Assembly (NCBI GenBank): GCA_964407215.1 | Contig: CAYOUT010000003.1 | Location: 187,648 to 251,647, forward strand | Reading direction: 5' to 3' | Source: an uncultured Anaerolineales bacterium | GTDB taxonomy: Bacteria; Chloroflexota; Anaerolineae; UBA1429 | Length of the DNA: 64,000 nucleotides | Shown: positions 35,982-43,137 of the stretch, piece after piece | Layout of the letters: each line of letters begins with the position of its first letter | Numbering within the stretch: the stretch's first letter is position 1 | The notes under the pieces: model-generated | Seen by the model: the letters and a program-made list of their open reading frames with translations, nothing else | Databases searched by the model: none | Told to the model about the DNA's origin: nothing | Translations under genes and position numbers: made by a program

Positions 35982-38045
35982 CTATGAGCGCTTTGCCTCA
36001 TAATCCATGACGGCCATCAGGTTGACAGCGATGGCGTCGGGCGGGATCACCATTCCACCATAGTAGCCAGTGGTGCTATTGTGCGTGTCTGCAAAGCAGT
36101 CGTCGAACGCCCCCTGCCGATAGAGCGGGTAAGTGGCGGGCAGGTTGTGCGGCAGCCAGTTCTCCTGCGTATGATCCACCATCCAGCGCAAAGCCGCCGT
36201 AGTGATGCCCTCGTGGTATGTGTGCCAATCCAACTCGGGATCTATCTCGCCCCAGTCTATGCCGAGCTGTACGGAGAGAACAAAGGTCTCAAGCACCTCC
36301 CACTGCACATGGTCGCGCACCCAATGGGCGAAATACCAGTCGCTGGAGCAGAGGCAGGGCTTTGTATTGTACATCATCGGCATGTTACGCGGTTGCCAAA
36401 GGTGCGTGAACGGCAGCAGTGCACGGATCCAGTGGATGGCTCTTTCGCGATACACCTCGCTGCCGAACTGCCTGTGCGCTAGGATGTAAGCAACGGCCGC
36501 GTGCCCAGCGGCGAACAGGTTGGGAGAGTGCAGCGGTGTCTCCCAAAAGTCACCCCCTTCAGGCCGTTGCATGGGAAGGCAATAGTCCAATGTGCGGCGC
36601 GCCGCCTCGCGAAAACGCGCTGCATCCACAGGGGCTGCGGTGTCGAGCTCATCCGCGAGCAGCAGCAGCTCTATGGCCGGGAGCACACAAATGTCCAACG
36701 CGGTGTCACCAGAGTGCCCCATGGGCTCTAGAAACTCGCGCGCTACGACAAAGTCGTCTTTGCGGTAGTGGCGGCCGTCCGGTTCAAAAGCAAACGACCC
36801 GTCCGCGCGTTGGTCTGCCAGGATCTTTTCTCCTCGCAGCTTGCACTCCTCGGGCGTGGCCGGCACCACGGGCTCACGCGGGCTGTGTCGCACGTTGGGT
36901 TGCTGCTCACACCAGGCGATCTTTTCGCGGAGCGAGGCAGCTACAGGCGAATCCGGGTAGCGGGCCAGGAACTCGCTAGCAAAGCGTGGCAACGTAGGCC
37001 GAGTGGCCCCCGACGATTGTGGTGTACCAAAGCCCTTGCCCTCGTGCCACAGATGCGTGGTGTAAGCGCACGCTATGCGCTCCAGTGCTTCGGGCAAAGG
37101 CCAACGCGGTGCTGGCGGGCGAGGCATACCATGGCGTTTGACCCAGTCAACCAACACGTCTAGGCTGCGACCTTGGCACAAAAAGACCTCAGCATCGAAC
37201 TCGACACGCTGTTCGGGGTGGAGCTCTAGCGGGGGCTCGGCCCAAGGTTGGTTCTCGTGGGCTTCAACATCCACGTCGGGCACCATCAGCCCCATCAGAT
37301 GGTTGTTACCGCGGTCCACAAAATTCGGCGAGGCGAACACCGGCTGTGGACCCTGGCGCCGGTAGTTGAACCACTGCGTGCCCCATTGTGTGGGATTCCA
37401 GGCCAGGCCGATGCCAGTACCGCCATGGCTCAAAGCCATGACGGGAGCGGTTACCTTGTTGGGATGGGGTACACAGCGCAGCGCCCAAGGATCTTTGAAC
37501 CAGTCTGTACCGCTGGACCACTCGTCGCCCAGAAGCCACTCGACGCCCGGCAGAATAGCGTCATCTTTGGCAGCGCCAAAAGCGTCTTGTCCCACTTTGA
37601 TCCAGGGGCCTCGCACGTAGCGGGCGTAGACATTCCCCTTGGCAACCAGTCGATAGGATAGGTGGAGGATGGGCCGATCTGGCTCAAGACGCAGGGTGAC
37701 TTGGCCCTCCATCACATGCTGCTCCAGTGGGTAGTTGATCCAATTCTCGAAAGACGTGCCCCGCAGCTTTTCCTGGACGATCAGTGAGCGTACCTGGAAC
37801 ACCAGTGTCTGGCCGTCCGGCCCCTCCTCGCGCTGTACGTCCTCGGCCTCCAGCCGCATTGGAATCTCTTGGTCGCGCAACATGATCTCGCCCAGGTGAT
37901 CTAGCACGGCGATGAACTCGTTCTTGCCGTTATAGACCTCGCCCCACCCCCAGCCTGTGAGGCGCTTGTGTACGTCCACACGCATGTGGGGATTCTCCAG
38001 TGTGATCGTCTCACCGCCATAGCTGGCCCGTTGGTATTGTGGCAT
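35982..38045 (-). CDS. Hypothetical protein (687 aa), cytoplasmic, possibly carbohydrate-active
   Basis: Long ORF with RBS GGAGAG and coding-like composition; beta-rich N-half, helical Trp/His-rich C-half; no family recognised. Confidence 0.7.
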   Translation of the reverse strand: MPQYQRASYGGETITLENPHMRVDVHKRLTGWGWGEVYNGKNEFIAVLDHLGEIMLRDQEIPMRLEAEDVQREEGPDGQTLVFQVRSLIVQEKLRGTSFENWINYPLEQHVMEGQVTLRLEPDRPILHLSYRLVAKGNVYARYVRGPWIKVGQDAFGAAKDDAILPGVEWLLGDEWSSGTDWFKDPWALRCVPHPNKVTAPVMALSHGGTGIGLAWNPTQWGTQWFNYRRQGPQPVFASPNFVDRGNNHLMGLMVPDVDVEAHENQPWAEPPLELHPEQRVEFDAEVFLCQGRSLDVLVDWVKRHGMPRPPAPRWPLPEALERIACAYTTHLWHEGKGFGTPQSSGATRPTLPRFASEFLARYPDSPVAASLREKIAWCEQQPNVRHSPREPVVPATPEECKLRGEKILADQRADGSFAFEPDGRHYRKDDFVVAREFLEPMGHSGDTALDICVLPAIELLLLADELDTAAPVDAARFREAARRTLDYCLPMQRPEGGDFWETPLHSPNLFAAGHAAVAYILAHRQFGSEVYRERAIHWIRALLPFTHLWQPRNMPMMYNTKPCLCSSDWYFAHWVRDHVQWEVLETFVLSVQLGIDWGEIDPELDWHTYHEGITTAALRWMVDHTQENWLPHNLPATYPLYRQGAFDDCFADTHNSTTGYYGGMVIPPDAIAVNLMAVMDYEAKRS

Positions 38046-38162
38046 CTCACTCTCTCCTGCCTGATGAGCCCGTAGCCTACGCCTATATCGTTACTACGGC
38101 AGCCAGTATACACTCGCAGATAGTTGCTTGGCAATCATCGGAGCCCCGGCCTCTTAATGCGC

Positions 38163-38190
38163 TTGACAGGTGCCCAGTTCCGGATAGAAT
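38163..38190 (+). promoter_or_regulatory. Sigma70-type promoter of the SAM riboswitch leader
   Basis: TTGACA-N16-TAGAAT about 30 nt upstream of the aptamer. Confidence 0.65.
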
Positions 38191-38221
38191 ATATCATAAT
38201 TGAATAGATTCTGTACGCGAG

Positions 38222-38392
38222 CTCTTATCCAGAGAGGTGGAGGGATCGGCCCTGTGAAACCTCGGCAACCGGGGCTCGAATGAGTTACTACGGCAGTTGC
38301 TTGCCGCCTCATCCGACACGATCGGCGACTCACTTCGAACCATAGGTGCCAATTCCGGCAGGCCCCCTGCGGGGGGGACTGAAAGATGAGAG
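38222..38392 (+). ncRNA. SAM-I (S-box) riboswitch
   Basis: CTCTTATCCAGAGAGGTGGAGGGATCGGCCCTGTGAAACCTCGGCAACC...GGTGCCAATTCCGGCAGG...CTGAAAGATGAGAG; P1 CTCTTATC/GATGAGAG; upstream of met genes. Confidence 0.96.
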
Positions 38393-38415
38393 GACGGGCA
38401 ACGCTACATTGCACG

Positions 38416-38453
38416 AGTCCTTCATCTGGCCCAGAGCCGATGAAGGACTTTTT
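38416..38453 (+). terminator. Terminator of the SAM riboswitch expression platform
   Basis: AGTCCTTCATC...GATGAAGGACT (11 bp perfect) plus TTTT; the 5' arm can pair with the P1 3' strand GATGAGAGGAC (antiterminator). Confidence 0.9.
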
Positions 38454-38466
38454 GCAAGCGAATAGT

Positions 38467-38501
38467 AGGGCCTCACCTCTGGAAGGAGCGTGAGGCCTTT
38501 T
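38467..38501 (+). terminator. Second terminator-like hairpin in the met leader
   Basis: AGGGCCTCAC-N13-GTGAGGCCTT-TT; short U-tract. Confidence 0.45.
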
Positions 38502-38519
38502 GGCTACGAGGAGGATACC

Positions 38520-39818
38520 ATGTTCACCGCCCCCCAACGTAGAGTTGCCAACCGCCAACTGTCCACAGAGAGTGTGCATGCCGGCGAGGTTAAGCGCAAG
38601 CCCTACGGCTCAGTGACTATGCCCATCGTGCAGACCTCGACCTACGCCTTTGAGGATTCGGCTGCCCTGGTGGAGCATATGCGCCGCAAAGAGGCGGGGC
38701 TCGAGTTGTTGCGGGGCGAGTACGGCCGCTACGGTAACCCCACTCAGGAGGTCGTCGAGCGCAAACTGGCGGCCCTGGAGGGAGGCGATCGTGCCATAGC
38801 TTTCTCCAGTGGTATGGCGGCGGTCACCTGCACGCTGTTGGCGCTTCTGTCGAGTGGTGATCACTATATCCTGACAGCCGACTGCTACCGAAAGACGCGC
38901 CAGTTCTCCCTAGAGTTCATGCGCAAGCTGGGCATCACGTGTAGCATGGTAGAGCCCGACGACTTTGAGGGCCTGGAGCGCGCTATCACCCCGCGTACGC
39001 GGCTGATTCTCACCGAATCACCCACCAACCCCTACTTGCGAGTGGTGGATCTGCCTCGCCTAGTTGATGTCGCACAGCGCCACGGGCTGCTGACAGCTAT
39101 AGACGCGACCTTTGCTTCGCCCTATAACCTGCGCCCTTTGGACTATGGCATAGATTTGGTGATTCACAGTGCCAGCAAGTATCTCGGCGGGCATAACGAT
39201 CTGCTTGCAGGGGTGACGGTTGGTGACGCGGAAACCATGGGCATTATTCAAGAGGCCAATTTCATGTTGGGGGCTATCAGCGAGCCACAGACTATGTACC
39301 TGCTGTTGCGCGGGCTCAAGACTCTCGCGTTGCGCATGCAGCGACATAACGAGAACGGCCAAAAGGTTGCGGGGTTTCTCTCGGTGCACCCAGCGGTGCG
39401 GCGCGTGTGGTATCCGGGGCTGCCCTCGCATCCCGACCACGCCGTCGCTCGTCGCCTGATGCGAGGCTACGGGGGCGTCGTGAGCTTTGAGCTGGATACG
39501 GACCTCGAGGGTACTGCACGCTTCATCGACGCTCTAGAGATTCCCTATATGGGGCCGAGCTTGGGCGGTGTGGAGAGTATCGTTGAACAGCCGGCGCTGA
39601 TGTCGCATTTCGCGCTGTCTGAGGAGGAGCGGGCGGCCATCGGCATCCGCGGGGAGTTGGTACGGTACGCGCTGGGCGTGGAAGATGCAGATGATCTGAT
39701 CGCCGATCTGGCGCAGGCCCTAGAGCGCGTGCCTGCCGGGCGATTGGCGACCGGCGAGTGGCAGCATACCACACAAAGGCGGGCTGGGTCGAACGAGGGG
39801 AGCGGCGGGGAATGCTAG
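38520..39818 (+). CDS. metB: Cystathionine gamma-synthase (Cys/Met metabolism PLP enzyme)
   Basis: YGRYGNPT, SSGMAA, ESPTNP, DATFASP, HSASKYLGGHND (PLP Lys), SLGGVES; SAM-riboswitch control. Confidence 0.85.
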   Translation: MFTAPQRRVANRQLSTESVHAGEVKRKPYGSVTMPIVQTSTYAFEDSAALVEHMRRKEAGLELLRGEYGRYGNPTQEVVERKLAALEGGDRAIAFSSGMAAVTCTLLALLSSGDHYILTADCYRKTRQFSLEFMRKLGITCSMVEPDDFEGLERAITPRTRLILTESPTNPYLRVVDLPRLVDVAQRHGLLTAIDATFASPYNLRPLDYGIDLVIHSASKYLGGHNDLLAGVTVGDAETMGIIQEANFMLGAISEPQTMYLLLRGLKTLALRMQRHNENGQKVAGFLSVHPAVRRVWYPGLPSHPDHAVARRLMRGYGGVVSFELDTDLEGTARFIDALEIPYMGPSLGGVESIVEQPALMSHFALSEEERAAIGIRGELVRYALGVEDADDLIADLAQALERVPAGRLATGEWQHTTQRRAGSNEGSGGEC

Positions 39819-41209
39819 TCATCAAGTTCGGTGGCAGCTCGGTGGGCAGTGCGGAACGCATCGTCGCGACAGCCGAGATCATCGAGGGGTTGGAGACCGA
39901 GGAGCTTGTTGTGGTAGTCTCGGCCATGGGGGGCGTTACCAGCTCCCTGATCAATGGCGCACGGGCGGCCGCTGTGGGCCAGGTGGATCGGTATCAGACC
40001 GTGCAAGCAGAGCTCCTCGCCAGACACTTGGGTACGGTGGATGCCCTTCTGGCTGGCTACACCGAGCGCACCCATGTAGCAGAGTATATCGAGGAGCGCT
40101 TGCACGACTATGAGCGACTCTGCCGCAGCATCGCCACTCTGGGCGAGCTTACAATGCGCGGTAGCGACGCCGTCGCCTCCATCGGCGAGGAGCTTTCGAG
40201 TCGCATTCTGGCCGCTCTGCTGTGTGTCCGCGGGCGCCGCGCGCAGGCGGTCAGCGCGACGACGCTGATACAGACGGACGACGCCTTTGGCGCAGCCACT
40301 CCCGATATGACGGCTACTCAGCAACGAACACGTCAGCGCCTTACACCTCTCCTTCGCCAAGAGATCCTGCCCATTGTGACGGGGTATGTCGGAGCCACAC
40401 CCGAAGGGGTCACCACGACGTTGGGGCGTGGGGGCAGCGACTATTCGGCCGCCATCCTTGGATCCGTTCTCGATGCGCGCGAAGTGTGGGTCTGGAGCGA
40501 CGTGGACGGCATCCTCACCGCCGATCCCAAGCTGGTGCCCGAGGCTAGGACGCTGCGAGAGCTATCGTACCAGGAGGCCACAGAACTGGCCTATTTCGGC
40601 GTGGATGTGCTCCACCCCAAGACCCTGGCGCCATTGGAAGCCCGTGGTGTTCCGCTTCGCATTCTGAACAGCTTTGCCCCACAGCGTCCGGGGACGCTCA
40701 TCTCATCAGAGCTCAGCGCAGTGCGCGATATCGCTCCGGCTATCATCTCCACCGAGGGGCTGAGCCTCATCGGTGTGCTGGGCAACGGCAGCGATTGGTC
40801 GCTGGATATGGCAAGCCGCGCGCTCCGAGCGCTGTCCGAGGCTGGGGTGGATGTGTTGATGTTTTCACAGTCGTTCTGTGAGCGCTGCTTGAACCTCGTT
40901 GTGCGCGAGCAGGATCAGGCGCACAGCGTGCGCTCGTTGCAGAACGCGTTCGACCACGACCTGCGCCTGGGGCTGTTGAGCCGCATCGGTGCGCAACAGG
41001 AAGTGGCCAGCATCTCCGTGGTGGGGCTGCCCAATGCATCGGCGGGGGCGATAGCATCACAGGCTTTTTCGGCGCTGGGAGAGCTGGGATTGCGGATCAT
41101 CGCAGTGGCTCAGGCGGCCTCGTCTAACAGCGTGTCCTTTGTGATCGCGGAGCGTGATGTGGCCCGCGCGGTGCCGTTCATCCACGATCGCCTCGAGTTG
41201 CTGCGATAG
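39812..41209 (+). CDS. lysC: Aspartate kinase with C-terminal ACT domains
   Basis: VIKFGGSSVG, VVVSAMGGVT, GEELS, TTTLGRGGSDYSAA, WSDVDGILTADPK, two ACT-like repeats; overlaps the metB stop. Confidence 0.9.
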   Translation: MLVIKFGGSSVGSAERIVATAEIIEGLETEELVVVVSAMGGVTSSLINGARAAAVGQVDRYQTVQAELLARHLGTVDALLAGYTERTHVAEYIEERLHDYERLCRSIATLGELTMRGSDAVASIGEELSSRILAALLCVRGRRAQAVSATTLIQTDDAFGAATPDMTATQQRTRQRLTPLLRQEILPIVTGYVGATPEGVTTTLGRGGSDYSAAILGSVLDAREVWVWSDVDGILTADPKLVPEARTLRELSYQEATELAYFGVDVLHPKTLAPLEARGVPLRILNSFAPQRPGTLISSELSAVRDIAPAIISTEGLSLIGVLGNGSDWSLDMASRALRALSEAGVDVLMFSQSFCERCLNLVVREQDQAHSVRSLQNAFDHDLRLGLLSRIGAQQEVASISVVGLPNASAGAIASQAFSALGELGLRIIAVAQAASSNSVSFVIAERDVARAVPFIHDRLELLR

Positions 41210-41380
41210 GTCACCAGGCAGCCGTGCGCACCGAACATTGGGGCGCTCGAGGTTACGGGCCCTGCCAACGTACCCCGCGGAGAGCCTACGGCAGGCGGAA
41301 CGTTAGTGAGCGAGTGGGTTTTTGCGCCGTCGCTTTCGCGAGGGCGGCGTCCACGATACGCGGATCATCTATCGGCGGGG

Positions 41381-42391
41381 CTACCCCATCTCTGGCGGTC
41401 CCCACCAAGCCTCGAAAAAAGCGCGCACGTTCTCCAAAGGGCAATCCTTATTGAACTCGGCCTGGCCGATACAGCCGCCGCGGTCATCCCACAGCGCATC
41501 TTTTACTCGGGCTACGGCGGCGCGTACGTCATCCGGGGTGCCAAAGGGGAGCACGTTTTGGCGATCCAGCTCTCCCCAGAAGGTGATTCGCCCCTTGAAC
41601 CGCCGTCCGATCTCCTCGATAGGCATAGTGAAGAGCTGTGAGTTGATGGCGTCCACACCCAGTTCGATGAGGTGCTCATAGATCGCCATGATATAGCCGT
41701 CCGAGTGCATCAACACGAACTTGTTGTGGGCTTTGGCCAGGTCACAATAGTCCTTGTAGAGCGGTTTGAAATACTCGACCCACATCTGCGGCGAGATCAG
41801 TAAGGCTCTGCTGGAACCCCAGTCATCCATAAAGGTCACTGCATCCACATCGGTTTTAACGACATACTCGAGGTGCCGCATATAGTAATCGTGGATCATG
41901 TCCAGCAGAGCGAACACCTCGCTGACGCCCCAGGCCAGATCCAGGTAGACATTCTGTGAACCCCGCACGAACTGCAAGCGCTCAAAAGGGCGCGGAAGGC
42001 CCAGGGTGGTGAACTTGGTGCTTTCAGCACAGGTGCGGTTCACGTTCTCAAAACCGACGCCGAGCAGGTCGTAGGGCGGCCTCCAGGTGGCCAGTTTGCT
42101 CCAGTCATCGATGGCGGGATGTTTGACCTCGCCGATCATGCCAGCCTGGATGTTGACCCAACGGCTGCCCCAAGCGTCGGTCCACTCGCCGGGCTCGTAG
42201 AGAGGCGACTCGTCCGCTGGGTCGCGGTACCCGCTGGACCCAAAGTCGCTAGGGTACTGACGTAAAATGATCTTCAAAGACTCCTCGCGCCCGTAAAAAG
42301 CAGCGGGCAGGAGCCAAATGTCTCTCCCAGGCCGGTCCACCCCTTCAAAGCGCAGCGTGCGGGAAATCCGTTCTCTGGATGTGAGCCCCAT
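41381..42391 (-). CDS. Uroporphyrinogen decarboxylase / MtaA-CmuA methyltransferase-like family protein
   Basis: TSRERI..TLRFE..DR, DAWG..W, FERLQFVRG, FMDDWG....LLISP..W....KP.Y, MHSDG, ITFWGELDRQ..LPFGTP..V. Confidence 0.8.
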   Translation of the reverse strand: MGLTSRERISRTLRFEGVDRPGRDIWLLPAAFYGREESLKIILRQYPSDFGSSGYRDPADESPLYEPGEWTDAWGSRWVNIQAGMIGEVKHPAIDDWSKLATWRPPYDLLGVGFENVNRTCAESTKFTTLGLPRPFERLQFVRGSQNVYLDLAWGVSEVFALLDMIHDYYMRHLEYVVKTDVDAVTFMDDWGSSRALLISPQMWVEYFKPLYKDYCDLAKAHNKFVLMHSDGYIMAIYEHLIELGVDAINSQLFTMPIEEIGRRFKGRITFWGELDRQNVLPFGTPDDVRAAVARVKDALWDDRGGCIGQAEFNKDCPLENVRAFFEAWWGPPEMG

Positions 42392-42622
42392 CCTCGACCT
42401 CCTCGATTGTGACGAAATGCCGTCAACTTTAAGAGTAACCTAGTTCGGTTCCCTTGTCGACAAAAGTTGTGATACAGCCGGCGAGAGCCCCATTGCCACA
42501 GCCTATTGGCATTGCTTTGCCCAGCTGCCCATCTGTCGTACTATGGTATGCGATGTTCGGGCGCTCGGTAGCGCACTCGGTGGCCGGAGTCGCTGATCAC
42601 CTTTGTTTCAAAGGAGGCCCGT

Positions 42623-42994
42623 ATGGATTTTGAAGAGCTGTATGAAATAGCCAAAGCAACCTTGAATCCGCGTGATCTATCGGCGTCGTCTTCAGCCGGG
42701 GGCGTGGCGGCTGCGCTGATCACCGACAAAGGAAATGTGTATCGAGGCGTCTGTATCGACACCCCGAGCTCCATGGGATTCTGTGCGGAGCACGCTGCCA
42801 TCGCGGCTATGGTCACCGCCGGGGAGAACCGGATTACCAAGATCGTCGCCGTCAGTACAGAGGGCGTGCTGCCGCCTTGTGGGCGCTGTAGAGAGTTTAT
42901 GTACCAGATCCACCATGGGAATCTGGACTGTGAGGTCATGCTGAGAGACCGGGTGGTCCGACTCTGCGACCTGCTGCCAGACCGATGGAACTGA
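42623..42994 (+). CDS. cdd: Cytidine deaminase family protein
   Basis: FCAEHAAI and PPCGRCRE Zn-binding motifs; RBS AGGAGG. Confidence 0.9.
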   Translation: MDFEELYEIAKATLNPRDLSASSSAGGVAAALITDKGNVYRGVCIDTPSSMGFCAEHAAIAAMVTAGENRITKIVAVSTEGVLPPCGRCREFMYQIHHGNLDCEVMLRDRVVRLCDLLPDRWN

Positions 42995-43073
42995 TCCGAG
43001 CCCCGACATTCTCGTACTTGCCGACAGCAAAGATGACGTACAGCAGGCGCTGCTTGCGTGAGATCGAGGGTCC

Positions 43074-43109
43074 GCGGGGTGGAGGCTCTGTATAGAGCCT
43101 CCACCCCGC
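43074..43109. terminator. 16-bp perfect hairpin between convergent cdd and GH38 genes
   Basis: GCGGGGTGGAGGCTCT-GTAT-AGAGCCTCCACCCCGC. Confidence 0.7.
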
Positions 43110-43137
43110 CGATATAACGCGAGTCGGATAAGCAAGC

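Noticed and set aside
42995-43062. Possible gene remnant PDILVLADSKDDVQQALLA after cdd
   Set aside because: Only about 19 codons with no start or RBS; resemblance to an FAD-oxidoreductase N-terminal motif is too weak to support a pseudogene.
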